A stretch of 63,150 nucleotides of DNA, the filler included, from Chiloscyllium plagiosum (Eukaryota): NCBI RefSeq assembly GCF_004010195.1. It is 5 parts of one record of this genome, joined end to end, with 100 filler letters (N's around TTAATTAATTAA, not from the genome) between each part and the next. Parts side by side here need not be neighbours in the genome. Positions count along the whole stretch, not along the records: positions 25,567 to 41,871 come from NC_057712.1; positions 41,972 to 51,644 come from NC_057712.1; 3 more parts are not named here. One strand, given 5' to 3'. Every line of letters begins with the position of its first letter. The stretch's first letter is position 1. The notes below the pieces were generated by a model. The model saw nothing but the letters and a program-made list of their open reading frames with translations, ran no database searches and was not told where the DNA came from. Of the stretch, positions 37,690-51,386 are shown one piece after another. The translations under genes and the position numbers were made by a program.

Positions 37690-38235
37690 GGGTTGGGCAA
37701 TAGAGCGTCCTGGAAGTAGATGTGCATAAATTTTTGAAGGTGGTAAGGCATGTCAAGAAAGTGATTAAAAAGCCAACAGGATCTTGGGCTTTATAAATAA
37801 AAGCACAGAGTATAAAAACAAAATAAGTTACAATTCCCCTTTATAAACATTGGTTCAGCTTGAACTGGAATATTAACCTGAACTCTGGGCAGCTAACATT
37901 AGGAAGAATGTGAAGGCGTTGGATCGGGCACAGAAATGGTTTCCAAGAATGATCCTGGATCCAAGAGTTTTCAGTCATGTGGATTGTTTAGAGATTTAGC
38001 CAGGTATTCAGTGCTGTCAAGGGAAAAATTGGCTCAATTAGTGGGATGGTCAAGAACCAGAAGGCACTGATTTAAATGGATTGACAAATGAATCAAAGGC
38101 AATGTGAGATAAACATCCTTAGTTTACTAAGTGATTATAACTTGAAATGCATTACCTGAAAGGAGGCAGTTTTAATTTTGGATTCCAAAAGGAAATTGGA
38201 TAAACGCTTGAAGGGATTAAACATTGCAGAGCTGC
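37690..38235 (+). mobile_element. Old CR1 3' fragment
   Basis: Degenerate match to the CR1 RT C-terminus (ILGFINKSTEYK, LYKTLVQLELEY). Confidence 0.65.
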
Positions 38236-38340
38236 AAGTAAAAATAAAGTTGCCATAGTCCTACTGGACCATAAGACTGCTCTCTCTCTCTCTCATCAGA
38301 AAGAAATGACTGGTGATGGATTAACCTGAGGGTCACTACC

Positions 38341-38982
38341 TGGTATGGACTAGAGCAGAACCCCATCAAAATATTTTAAGTGGGTAGCCTTGACCCTAAC
38401 TTTTTCTTATTTTAAATGTAGATATGAAGTGCATGTTCCAGATGTGATATGATTGGTCAAACTACTTGACGTTAAGCAAAACACAATTTCTTTAAATCCT
38501 ATAGTTAAAATACAAACAAAAGCAAGAGGAATTTCGAATAACTTAACCACTGGAAAACTTAACCGAATAATAGATACAGTACTAATTAACTGTTCCAACA
38601 TAGTAACGTCGCAAAAACACACCTCTTGGCAAAAAGGTAAATTCAGACACAGATTCTCACATGCAGTTCTCCCATCCAGGAGGAAACAACATCAAGAGAG
38701 ATTTTAGAGAAAGTAACAGCCAGGCATCATTTACTGAACCTTCTACTCTCCTGGGCCCTCAAACAGCTTCTGACTACAACAGCTAAAAAACCTAGAAATC
38801 CTGGTGTGTGAGAACTAGCCACTCCCCTTCCATTGTTACAACAATGATTTAAAAAACATAAAAGCCTCATAAATTGTTGACTTAGGCGGTTTCTAGTAAA
38901 CACCTTGGCACTACGCCTTTACAACCACTCTTCAAGAAAGCCCCGGGCAAAATAACCGTTCTAAAGTAACAGCATCATTACA
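38341..38982 (-). mobile_element. Solo LTR inserted in a SINE
   Basis: TG...CA termini with near-TSD TACC/CACC; similar to 26318-26949. Confidence 0.65.
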
Positions 38983-39759
38983 CACCCCTGAGGTTAGGGG
39001 AGATGTTGGGAAGAAGAGCCCTTCATGGTAACCTCAGCCAGTGTGAGAATCAAAGGCTGGATAAATTGCTTGTGCAGATAGCAAGTACAGCTTGATGGAT
39101 TGATGAATGGCTTCCTCTGTGTTGTAATCCTTTCATGGTCCTATGATTCTACTCAAGCACAGTGCTGACAATTTGCAGGCTTGCAAACAAGACAACTGTT
39201 TGGATACACCCAGCAGAAGTTTGCATTGTTGATACTGCCAAATGACTTTCCAAGGTCAGGGTCATTCTGTCTGTATCCCACAAATGGTATGTGTAAGTGC
39301 CATGGGGATAGCCTTGCTATCTTCATGTTACAATGTAATGGCGTGCAATAAATTCTATTTGCTTTTGATGCTGTAATTGTTAATAGGGTTTTGTTTAGAG
39401 AAAGTAAGAAACCATTAAATTGCTCATCATTGCGAATGCATCCGATTCATTTACCCAGTAGATAGATGCTCTTCTGTAAACTGCTGACTCTTAGATTTGA
39501 CTGTGTGAATTGCATACTATTCTTTGACCTGTTCATTGATTAACAGAACCATCATTTGTTCAACCTTTTAAACAGTGGAATAGATTCCTTGGTTCTTTGA
39601 GCAACAGGTTTTGAAGTAATGGAACAGATTCCTTCAGCTCTTGAGGTTGTTGGCACAGCATTGTAATGTAATCTCATCATGAATGCTTGTCTGAATTCCA
39701 AATCCAAATAATGTATTGCACACAGTGGGAGTTGTTGATGTAGTAAACAAGATGACTAT

Positions 39760-39957
39760 TGGGAGAAAGTGAGGACTGCAGATGCTGGAGACCAGAGTTG
39801 AAAGGTGTGGTGCTGGAAAAGCGCAGCAGGTCAGGCAGCATCTGAGGAGCAGGAGAAGCGACATTTCGGGCAAGGGCTTGTGCCCGAAACGTCGATTCTC
39901 CTGCTCCTCGGATGCTGCCTGGCCTGCTGCACTTTTCCAGCACCACACTTTTCATCC
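39760..39957. mobile_element. Inverted Penelope-derived insertion
   Basis: Palindromic, with 12-bp duplication CAAGATGACTAT at 39748-39759 and 39958-39969. Confidence 0.8.
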
Positions 39958-40439
39958 CAAGATGACTATCGGACCTATTTAGATTTTCAGATTTGTGAGC
40001 TTCTGCAAGAATAATGTTTTCATTATCTAGTTTTTAGTGATTATTTGTTTATTCTGACAGTTTTTATGTATACTTAATAAGTCTGAAGTCTTTTTCTATG
40101 ATGAGTTTGAATTTTGGATTAACAGGGCTCCTAAAAAGGATTATGTTTTTACAGGTTACATTTAAATAGCTGTTTGTTTATTTCAATATTTGCATGATCA
40201 TTTTTGAAGAATTCCCTATTTATTACAAAGCTGATCAATCCTGTTCATAGCAGATACTTGGTTAGTGGATACGATGGATAATAGGGGGAGGACATGAATG
40301 TGTGAAAAGAACATGAGAGATGTGGAGGGTAAGGAGTATCTAAAGGTCCATGTACAGAACTCGTTCAATGTCCTAGTGAACACAGGTAGGCATTCTAAGG
40401 TGCACGCCTTAACACCCACCCTCCTCCATTTACATCTTG

Positions 40440-41871
40440 GAGCTAGGCCAAGAACTGTAATCTGTGCGGAGAGGCGGGCCACATGTACAAAGCCTGCCCA
40501 AGACGAGGGGCCACCACCTACGCACAGATAGCCGGAGGTGGCAACACGAGCCGTGGACCGCCCAAGACCAGCAAGGTACCACAAAACAGCACGGGAACGG
40601 TGTCTGGAGGCAACCAGAAGGAAGGGCGGGCTGTAGCGGAGCAGACGGCAGACAGCTTGGGAGGTGCAGCAGCCGATCCAAGCTCCTTCAGGACAGACGG
40701 AGAAAATGGAAGAGAAGGGACCAAAGGAAGCAGAGGATTGGATTACTGTGAAAAGCAGGAAGATAAAACCTCCCAAAGCCACCCAGCGAGGGGGGAAGCG
40801 ACACCTACGCGACGAGGATACATGCAGCTCTTCCGACGGTGAGGATGGGCGCAAGGAGGGTCGTCACCAGAGGAAGAGACAGAGCGCCGTGGGGAAAAAG
40901 GAGGGCAGCACCGCCCAAGCAGGAAAAGACAATCCCTCTGAGGGGATGGGTAAAGGCCTCCCCCCACCCGGTGAGAACCACGAGGTACCCACCGGCCCAC
41001 AGCTCCAGGTAACTGGGAGCAGCGGTCCTGTGACAGCCCCGCTGTCAGATGGAGAACTGGACCCTGCGGACCCTGGGCCTGACCCGAAGACACCAGAGCG
41101 GGGAAATGGCTCCAGCGTGAAGCCGGACAGCTACCTCAGCCCTGGGAGGGTCCAGCAGTTTGCCGTCACCACGGGAATGCGCACAGCTACCCCAGAGGGG
41201 CAAGACCAGCAGCAAATGGACACTGTTAACCTTGTAAACTGTTAAAATGGGGATAAGAGTTGCCAGCATCAATGTGCGTAGCATCAAATCGGCTACGCGA
41301 TGTGTTTCTACCATGGCCTTCCTGGCCAACATTAAAGCCGACGTCCTGTTCCTGCAGGAGTGTGGGATACCGTGGGTATCCTGTTGAGAGGAGGCAACTT
41401 CACCATCTCCGAGGTTAAGGAGGTGGTGGGCGGGCACTTCCTCGTCGCCGACGTCATGTACAGGAATGCTCCCCTAAGACTGATTAATGTGTACGCCCCA
41501 GTGGGTAAGAGTGAACGGTTGGCCATCCTGCAGCAGCTTCCACTATTGCTGGCTACGTCCAGGCCGGTCATTCTGGCCGGAGACTTCAACTGTATCATTG
41601 ATGCAGATGGACGATCCGGCGGGGGGGACAGTAAACTGGACATCATGTCCAGAGCCCTGATGGACACAGTAAAAGATGCCAAGCTGCACGACGTCTTCAG
41701 CACCCCTGCAGATGGAGCACAGCGTAGATACACCTGGTCACGGGCAGACGGGTCTATCCGCTCAAGGATAGATTACCTGTTTGTGTCCCGAACGCTCTCG
41801 GTCAGATCCACCGACGTCAAGCCAGTGTACTTCTCTGATCACTGCCTCCTGCTGGCCGACTGTCACCTACA
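40440..41871 (+). mobile_element. Tx1-clade LINE: ORF1 3' part (CCHC knuckle) and ORF2 AP endonuclease, runs into a gap
   Basis: CNLCGEAGHMYKAC knuckle. ORF1 stop 41243-41245, ORF2 ATG 41247 (MGIRVASINVRSI...FLQEC...INVYAP...GDFNC...SRIDY...SDHC). Confidence 0.88.
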
Positions 41872-42415
41872 NNNNNNNNNNNNNNNNNNNNNNNNNNNNN
41901 NNNNNNNNNNNNNNNTTAATTAATTAANNNNNNNNNNNNNNNNNNNNNNNNNNNNNNNNNNNNNNNNNNNNCCCTACTAAAACATTTAAATCCCGGAACC
42001 TGCAACAGCCAATCCTGTCCCTGTTCTAGCCATGTCTCCGTAATAGCCACAACATCGAAGTCCCAGGTACCAACCCACGCTGCAAGTTCACCTACCTTAT
42101 TTCGTATACTTCTTGCATTGAAGTATACCGTTTTGGATACTTGTGGGGGGGATGACTTACCAGGGGTAAGTAACGGGGCTCAGGTCTCTGGCAAACGTGT
42201 AACTTATTCATAAGTATTACAAACACTGACCAATACTTTGGCAGTTTTAATTAAAGTAGGACAGTACTGCCTTAGCTTTTCATAACTGTTGACATTTTTC
42301 ATAACGTTTGGTTTTTTTTTTGCAGAAATTTATTTAATTAGCAAAATATAGTAGCGAGGGTGATTTTCTTCCAGAAAAAAAAACAACTTTCATCATTGCA
42401 TCTGCAAATTTACAG

Positions 42416-42645
42416 GCTGATCCCAAAGAGGTAATTAATCTGGTCACGAAACATGTGACTGAAAATGCAGAGTTCAGTTGGCCAGAAGAAATTCAGGTGC
42501 TAATTCATCAGCTTTGCTATTACAATGAGCTGTTGACAGACTTCACACAAGCTCAAACACTTCAAGGCCTTGGCAAAGGTGTGGATGTCCAGCGTTTCGC
42601 AACAGACAGCCAATATAAAAGGGAGACAATTCTGGGGTTAGCAGA
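42416..42645 (+). CDS. NBAS: NBAS (neuroblastoma-amplified sequence) internal coding exon, 230 bp
   Basis: Acceptor tttacag|GCT and donor GCAGA|gtaagt. Translates ADPKEVINLVTKHV...WPEE...YNELLTDFTQAQTLQGLGKGVDVQRFATDSQYKRETILGLAE, matching the vertebrate NBAS segment I recall (DFTQAQILQGLRKGVDVQRF...YKRETILGLAE). Confidence 0.93.
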
Positions 42646-44049
42646 GTAAGTATGATATCATTTGTTTTATTTTAGTCATGGTAAATAAAGATTGGTAAAT
42701 AAACACCAGGTGACTGTGTTAACTTGTAGAGTCTTTCCCACAATTCAGCAGCTGTTAAGGAATTTAACGAAGGCAATGTATTTTTCATAAGGGGTGAAAC
42801 TAATTCAAGTTAACTCCAACAGATTCAAGAATAACTGACTTAACTCTGATGTACTTTGAAGGTAGTCTAAGTAAAGAAAAACAAGAAAGATGAACTGAAA
42901 TGGATGCTAGGATGATCAATGTGATTTTCATTAAGGATTCACTTTTTAACTTTGCACATTTGACCAGATGAATTTCTTTGCATTTGATTATAGGTGTGTG
43001 TATGTTTTACTCTAGTGATGCTGGTTAGGTAATATAAATGGGGAAGTGGGAAAGTTTGTAAGAAGGCCTGAGAGCTATTGATTGAGAGTACGTTTTTCTT
43101 TACCTGCTGTATGACTTTCCAGAGTTAAGCAGCTATGATACTTGTCAAACATAAATCTTATGTTTTTGAAATAATTTAAGGTAACTTGATCCCTTTATGG
43201 TCCCCCTTTCCTTTCACTTTAGTAATAACTCAAGACATTTTGTAAAAGCAAATTACTACAGATACTGAAAATTTGAAATGAAAACAGCAAGTGCAGGAGA
43301 AAAATCAACAGGTCTGGCAGCATCTATGGAAAAAGAAAGTAGAATTAATGTTTTGAGTCTGATGTGACTGTTCAGAAAAGTTCTGAAATTAAGAGCAGCT
43401 GTCATTCATTTTTTTAATTAAACAAATGACACAATTTGCCAGGTTATTGTGGCAAATTAAAAGGCTGATCGGAAATTGCAAAAACTACACTTAAAAGTCA
43501 TCTTTGTGTTGCACTTGTGAATTAAAGAACAGATTGCCCAATTGTGCAAGAATAATTAATTATGGGTTTTTAAGGAGGCAACCTTTGACCTGATAGTTTG
43601 CTGGGGAAATAATGCCAAGTTCATTCACCATTATTGCAGTGTTTTGAAGAAAACAACAATTTGTGATGAGATTTAGGTTCTGAAGTATCTCATGTTGCTG
43701 GCCATTTTTTTCTTAGCCTTGCCAAGCCAGGTACTACTGTTAATATACCAATTAATATCAAGAGATATTGGATTGTGTCATAAATACAAATAAGACAGCT
43801 AAAATTTAAGGCTGATATTTCAACACTCAAGGACTTTTTTTTATCATTGACTGGTGTAGCAGTAATGTACATTTAATGTTGGAAGACTGGAATGTCAACA
43901 ATCGAAACTAGAGCAATTGCTCTCTCAATCTAATGAATACAAAGCTGAACTTTTAGTAAGCTCTGGTTAGACCACAGCTATTTCATTGCATCCACTTCTG
44001 GTCACCAAACTTTATGACAGATGATAGGACTCCTGAAGAGTAAGACAAG

Positions 44050-44640
44050 TTTTTTTTTAATTCTTTGGGCTGGCACTTACAGTATATCTCAACTTGCCCA
44101 AACATGCATGTAGTGGTATTCTCATGATTTTGCTGCCCTTGACCTTCTAGCTGATAGAGGTAACGGGTTTGGGAGAAGTTATTGGAGGAGCCTTGGTGAG
44201 TTGCAGTAGTGGGGCATGCTATAGGAGGCATACACTGCTGGCATTGTGGTAATGGTTGGTGGAGTGAACATTGAAGGTAGTGGATGGTATATTGGTTAAG
44301 CAAGCTGCTTTGTCATGGATGGAATCTTGAATGTTATTAGAGCTGCACCCATCAGGGCAAGTAGAGATGGTGACATGTAGATGGTGAACATTTCTTTAGG
44401 GAAACAGGAAGTGAGTTACTCTCGGCAGAATTCCCAGTTTCTGACCTGCTTTTGTTGCTATTATTAGTGTGGCTGGACAGTTCAGTTTCTGGTCAATGAT
44501 AACCCCAGGATGTTAACAGTGAGGGATTGAGCAATGATAATGTCACTGAACGTCACTGTTCGATTCTCTCTTGTTGGCGCTTCTCATTCTCTTGCATGTA
44601 TGCACTGTGAATGTAATTGCCTCTTATTGCTGACTTAAGT
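44050..44640 (-). mobile_element. Old CR1/L2-group LINE fragment inserted in a + strand CR1 remnant (about 43910-45000)
   Basis: Same family as 6260-7436. Confidence 0.55.
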
Positions 44641-45137
44641 CACCAGAGTGTTTGCAAGTATGGGAGATTTTAACTAAAGGTTCGATCGGAGAAGCTTGTG
44701 TTGTTTTACTTAGAGTAAATGAGACTGAAGGGAAATTTGCTGGGGAAATGTACAGGATTATGACAGGTTTGATTAAGATTGAGGAGGAGAAACTGTTCCA
44801 GTTAACTCTGGATCAAGAACTAGGGTCAAAGATTTAAGACTTCTGGCAAGAAATGCAGGATGGATGTGACGAGAAACCGTTTTACGCAGTGAATGTTAAG
44901 TACTTGGAATGGTAGAAGCAACGATGATCAGTGATTTCAAATGGAAGTTTGATGGACATCAGACGAAAATAAACAGAGAATGGGACTGGAACTGGGATTG
45001 GACAAAGAATAAGTCCATTAGTCATTAGCTTTCCAGATGCGTCATTGACCTTATTAATTGTCACTGAAAGCAATTTGTAGCTCTCAAATTATGAAGTGCA
45101 AGGATAAAATCTAACTTGCAGAGCCCACCACAAGCTG

Positions 45138-45465
45138 GGCCACACAGTGGTTAGCACTGCTGCCTGGTTTAATTCCAGCCTGGGTGACTGTGTGGAGTTT
45201 TCACTTTTTCCCCATGGCATGGGTTTCCACTGAGTACTCCAGTTTCCTTCCACAGTCCAAAGATGTGCAGATTAGGTGGTTTGGTCATGCCCTTTAGTGT
45301 TCAAGGACATGCAGGGTAGGTCGATTAACCATGGTAAATGTTGGATTAAGTGGGGTAGGGAGGGTGAGGGTGTGTGGGTCTGGGTGGAATGCTCTTCCTG
45401 GTGTTGGTGTGGATTCAATGGGCCAACTGGTCTCCTTCTGCATTGTAGGGGTTCTATGATTCTGT
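45138..45465 (+). mobile_element. HE1-like V-SINE
   Basis: CAGTGGTTAGCACTGCTGCC...GTGGAGTTT...CCACAGTCCAAAGATGTGCAG with (TTCTATGA) tail. Confidence 0.8.
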
Positions 45466-46634
45466 GAGATACCCCACTGAAATACATTCTGGCCATTTAA
45501 ATTTTTGATAGATAACATTCTTTAGTTCATATTTTTATTGCCTCCGCATTCAACTTTTCCAATACACTCCCAACATCCCTCTCCTCTTCACAAATTTGAA
45601 CACATTGAAAACTCTGATTTTCCTAACTCTCAAGTCTTATTTATCCATTATTTCCCCATGGCTTACCAAACAATAGTGCCTTCTACTGCCCAAATACTTG
45701 GATTTTAAGATTGTCCTCTTGTTGTGTCAAAAACACAATTGGAATTTCCATCTGAAATCATTATCAGCTCTGTTGACCATATCCCGTCGTCCTCTATAAT
45801 TTAATTGGGCTCTTCAATGGTTCAAGAACTGCAAGCTCCTACAGTTCTGGGCTCTTGTGCATCCCCTCATTCTTAATTCTATCATTGGCACTTTTAAGTT
45901 GTTCTGTCTCTAAGCTCTAGAAATCTGTTTCCAAGTCCATCCACTTTGCCTTTTAAGGTGTATAGTTAAGCCTATCCTTTTGGCCAATCTTTTATCCATC
46001 CATTTTTAAATTTGTGTCATTTACTCCACTTGTGAAGCACCTTAAATACACATTGTTATGCAAGATGTAGATAACATAAGTTGAATAACATCATCTTGTT
46101 TTCACATTTTGGTATTTGCTTTTTTTTTTGCATCAGTCTATTATAACATGATAGTTGGTTGAACGCCAAGTTCAGAACAGTTACTGAAGTAGATCCAAGT
46201 CCACTGGGAGCAATACTGCACAGCAATAATGAAGTTCAAACTCAGCTTTTCTGGTGACGTTTCAATTAATCAGTGCAGTCCATTTAAATTAAAATAAGCC
46301 AAACATAGAATTTTTTAACATGTACTGGGTGTTTCAGTTCACTGGGAAATGTCTTCAACTGTGTGAATGATTAATTAAGAGCTACATATTATTGAAGTTT
46401 TAATCATGTACACTGTTGAATACATTGTCTGGGGAATCAAAAGAGTGATTGGACGAAATGAACTTATATGGTTGTAGCACGTGTAAGTGGATTAGAAGTT
46501 ATGAGTTTTGTAAACTTTGATCTGGGCTCAGGCACCTCCATATTTTTCATCCTGAAAATCTTCAACCTGAAAGCTGAATGAATATATTCTGAAATTCCAA
46601 AGTAGTTTTTATTGTATTCCACGGCAACTTCTGT

Positions 46635-47160
46635 GTCATAAAGTCATACAGATGGAAACAGACCCTTCAGCCCAACTAGTCCATGCTGACCATGTTCCCA
46701 AACTAAACTAGTCCCACATGCCTTCGTTTGGCCCGTATCCCTCCAGACCTTTCTTATTCATGTACCTTTCCAAATATCTTTTAAATGTTGTAACTGTAGC
46801 TGCATCCACCACTACTTCTGGCAGTTCATTCCATTCATGAACCACTCACTCTTAAAAAGGTTGCCCATCATTATCCTTTTTAAAACTTTCTCCTCTTACC
46901 TTGAAAACATGCACATGATTTTGAACTCCCCCATCCTAGGGAAACAGCCCTTGCTATTCACCTTATCTACACCCCTCATTTTTTAAAAACCTCTATACGG
47001 TCACCTCTCAATCTACACATCTCCAGTGAAAAACAGTCCAAGTGTATGCAGCCTATATTTATAACTCAAACACTCCATTCCAGGCAACATCCTGATAAAT
47101 CTTTTCTGAACCCTCTCCAATGTAGTAATATCCTTCTTATCGCAGGGTGACCAGAACTGA
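46635..47160 (-). mobile_element. CR1 LINE 3' end
   Basis: Homologous to 8845-9370. Confidence 0.82.
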
Positions 47161-47467
47161 AAAACTTGCCGACGTCTTCAGCAAACATTCAATTACATTT
47201 TTTAAAATTTCAAGTTCTGCCACTGTGTAGCAAAGTCACAGTGAGAGATTCTGGAATATAGTCATGGTACTTCAAGACCTTAACCTCCTGAATCACTATC
47301 TCTTAAAGGAAGACAAAACAATCCAATTCAATTTTAACAACTTACGTATTTATCTGTTGATTAAATTTTGCCATTAGTCTTTGTTTCATTCAGATTACTT
47401 GCATGATATTCTGGATGACTGCGTAATTTCAAATGCTGATATTGAGAAATTATTTGTTTTTTCATAG

Positions 47468-47578
47468 AACCTTGGAAGAAAATGTGTACAAAATCTCTCT
47501 GTCTTTGGCTCAACGTTACAATATCGCACTCTGGGAAGTTTACATGACACATTTGGAATTCCTTTTCACTGATAGTGG
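47468..47578 (+). CDS. NBAS: NBAS next coding exon, 111 bp
   Basis: Acceptor ttttttcatag|A and donor AGTGG|gtgagt. Phase-compatible with the previous exon (GA|A = Glu). Translates TLEENVYKISLSLAQRYNIALWEVYMTHLEFLFTDSG, the NBAS continuation. Confidence 0.93.
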
Positions 47579-48774
47579 GTGAGTATCCTAGGTATTAGGT
47601 CATTGTACAACTAAGAGCATGGACCTTATCATTTTTACATCATTTTTCAGTACACCTCTCCATGCTGACTCTTCATTCTTACTCTAGCTAATAGCAGCAA
47701 TTGAAAATATAATCAATCTGTTTTTGGTTATATAATTAATGAGGACAAAAAGACAAAACATGCAGTTTAATCCTGCATTTGGGAGATATGCAGGGACATT
47801 GTAATAGAGAGGAGCAAGTTCTGTCAAGTTCTGTTTTAAAATTAATTTCACAGTTGCTGAAGGAGTATAAACAGTGTCAGATATTACATGTAATAGTAAA
47901 TCAGAGACTGTTTTTAGTGGTAGCGTGCCATATTTTTGTTTTAACGAAGCCAAAAATATTCATTACTGAAATCTTTTTGACACATTACATGTCTTAGACA
48001 TCACAGCAAATTTCCTACTTAAAGTTTGCCCATTTTAATCAAGCTCATTTTGTTTTAATAGAGGTGCAGAATTTATATAGCCTTTCTAGATTTAAAAATT
48101 ATCTTGAGGTCTAAAGACTGATTGGACAAGGATATCAGGGCAATGTATTAAGCAACAAAGGATATATTTAAAAACTGAAGCTAGTGATCATCCTTATTCA
48201 GCTGGTTCTTACTTCCAACCCAACTTTGAGTGGCACAAGCAACTTTATAGCACTTCACCTGAACTCTGTCCATCTTCTCTATATCTGTGGCTGTGTTCTG
48301 ATGTTGATGTCATGTTTTGATCTTGTTATTTCTTCTGTCAATACATCAATTCACAATCCTAACCTAAAATGATTATCGTCTAAGCAGCCCATTGTTAACT
48401 TCTTCATGAATGACTGTTTGTCAGACTACTGACCGCAACATTCATTGATTAGAACCCGAAAGTCAATTGATACATTACAAAACATATCCTGTCATTACAG
48501 CTGGTAAAATTGTTTGGACATGTATCTTACTTTTACCCTGTTCATGCTATCAGTTCACACCATCGGTCTTTTGCAATGTGACTCCAGTTTAACTCAAACC
48601 ACCCATGCAATATTTTCTCACATGTCTATAATTCACCCTTTGTCCACCAGGATTGTTCAGTAAATACAAAATATATGTAAAAATGAATGCACAGCATCAT
48701 ATTATAAAAATACAAAGACTATGAAAAGATTCACCTGTCTACATTGTCGTGGTAAAGTAATATTCCGTAGTTAT

Positions 48775-49055
48775 GAGTCGAGAGTGTAGTCCTGGAAAAA
48801 CACAGCAGGTCATGCAGCATCTAAGGAGCAGGAGAAGTCCTTCATCAGGAATGAGGCTTGTGGGTCGGAGCTGAGAGATAAATGGTTGAAGGAGGGGGAT
48901 GGTTGGAGGAAAGTACCTGGGAAAACGATAGGTGGATGAAGGTGAGGGCAAAGGTGATAGGTCAAAGAGGGGAGTGATAGACGTGTCCAGAGGGCGGTGC
49001 TAAATTGGAGGCTTGGGACTGGGATAATGTGCGAGGAGGGGAAATGAGAAAGCTG
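48775..49055 (-). mobile_element. Penelope family-A terminal fragment
   Basis: Similar to 25095-25325. Confidence 0.65.
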
Positions 49056-49714
49056 TTGTAATTATGAGCCAATCAAAGGTCAGAAATTACCAGAGTTTAT
49101 TTTCATTAAGTAGTGAAAATGTATCCAAAGTCATTAGATTAAGAAATGGAGTTCACAGTTGTGGAGCACAAAGATTACAAAAAGAATTTTGAATAATCCT
49201 GATTAAAGTCTCTAAGCCATGAAGATGAGGAAGCTCATCACTTTGCTTCTTGATCTCTGCTGAGGTGGAAAATCTCAGCCAGGGCAACATCAGACTGCAA
49301 TGCTTGACTGGAGATTTCTGGACAGATTTACTAACCCTAATCTTGATGCTATACCCATGTAGATATTCAGCAAGAAAAGAGCTTGTTTGTAATGGCCTTA
49401 TTTGAAATTGTTTATAGGCTGTTACTGCTATATTTCACATTTGAACTAAGACCAATTGGTTGATGTATCAGTGCGACTAATGCTCATGGAACCAAGCAAT
49501 AGGGTACCATCTCCATAATCGGCAGGAAGAAAATGGGAGTAGGAAAAAACTTGAATATCTATGAATTTTCTGTTCAATACAAACAATAGTTTTGATTTAG
49601 ATCTGCTCAATCATTTAGTTTAACAACATTGTAGAAAGGTTTCTACTTATGAACTTTTTAGTCTTTAGAAACACCTAATGTTCAAAAATCTTAGTACATT
49701 TAAGGAATTAAGTA

Positions 49715-51065
49715 TCTGTCTCATTCTTGGACACATGAATCTCCATCAAGGATGGGCCCCTCAGTACCTCACTCGACTGCAAACCCACGGATAACCTCAC
49801 AGTGCTATACTTCTCCAGCTTCCACCCGAAACATATTGAAATAGCCATCCCCTACGGACAAGCCCTATGCATACACGGGATCTGCTCAGATGAGGAGGAA
49901 CATGACGAGCACATGGAAGTACTCAAGGATGCCCTCATAAGAATGGAGTATGATACTCAACTCATTGACCACCAGTTCCAACGTGCCACGGCGAGAAACC
50001 ATAATAACCTCCTCAGGAGACAGACATGAGCTGCAACCGAAAGAGTTCCCTTCACTGTCCAATACTTCCCAGGAGCTGAAAAACTACTCCATGTTCTTTC
50101 AACCTGCAACACGTTATCGGTGAGGATGAGCACCTCGGCAAGATCTTCCCCACGCCTCCACTTCTCGCCTTTAAGCAACCACCAAACCTCAAACAGATTA
50201 TTGTTCGCATCAAACTGCCCGGCTTTCAGGACAACTCCATACAACCCTGTCACGGCAGACGCTACGAGACGTGTCAAAGTGTCAACACGGATACCACCAT
50301 TCCCCATGGGGATACCACCCACCATGTACGTGGCAGGTACTCTTGGGATTCGGCCAACATTGTCAATCTCATACGCAGCAGGCAAGGATGCCCTGAGGCA
50401 TGGTACCTTGGCGAGAACAAGCAAAGGCCATGGCAACCGATGAATGGACACTGCACAACAATCAACAGACAGGTGTGTTCCCTTCCAGTTGGAGAACACT
50501 TCAGCCTGGGACATTTGATCTCGGACCTTCGAGTGACCATCCTCCAAGGCGGACCAGGACAGGCAACAACACAAACCGAGCAGAGGCTTGGGGATGGCCT
50601 CAACTGACCTTGGTTTCATGTCACACTACAGGTAATCCAGTGCACCGCAAACACACGTGCACACAAAAGTTTGGGGGGTGAATTTGTACTTGCAGAAATA
50701 CATTTTATTTTGCTCAAAAACTGCATGAATCTATGTCAGATTCTCTAAATCTCTTTTTTTAGATTAGAATCTAAACATTGAGGCAGACAGCCTCACACAG
50801 GGCATCCCACCCCTTCAATGCATTATCTGGACCAACATGGCACCTATTGTTAAAGTTCACTTGAGATTGTAACTTTTAAAAAGTTTTGGGATTTACATAT
50901 AAACATAATATGGTTACTCTAAAAGATGAGAGACTTACAAACAATCCAGGTCTTTTTTGACATTGCACTGTAAACCTTTGCTATAAATACTGTGGAGCAG
51001 CACTCGAAAAGCTAGTGCTTCCAAATAAACCTGTTGGACTGTAACTTGATGTATGATTTTTAACA
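49715..51065 (+). mobile_element. Penelope-like element (family B): RT thumb, GIY-YIG and 3' repeat, decayed
   Basis: SFLDT...KPTD...LYFSSFHPKH...AIPYGQAL and CPEAWYLGE. The 3' end matches 33840-33913. Confidence 0.82.
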
Positions 51066-51386
51066 ATTAAGGAAAGATTACCTTCAGGTATGAAGCAGAA
51101 AAAAAAATGCAAAATTATTTATTCATCAGTGAGTTGCATGATAGTCTAAGTTTCTGTCATGATATCTAGTGATTCTAAAGAGAATATAATTTGCTGATTG
51201 TTTGTATCTTTTGAATCTCCTTAAGACGCTACTGTTAAAAGAAATCCATCTTTGTGACTCTATATTAGCAGCTGTTTTCTTTGCTTGTTTTGTACTTACA
51301 TCTTACTACTTCAATAATCTCTATCCTTTCCAATTCAATCTCTTCTTGGGTGTTTGCCAATCTGTCTTTGTTGTGGCGTATTTGTC

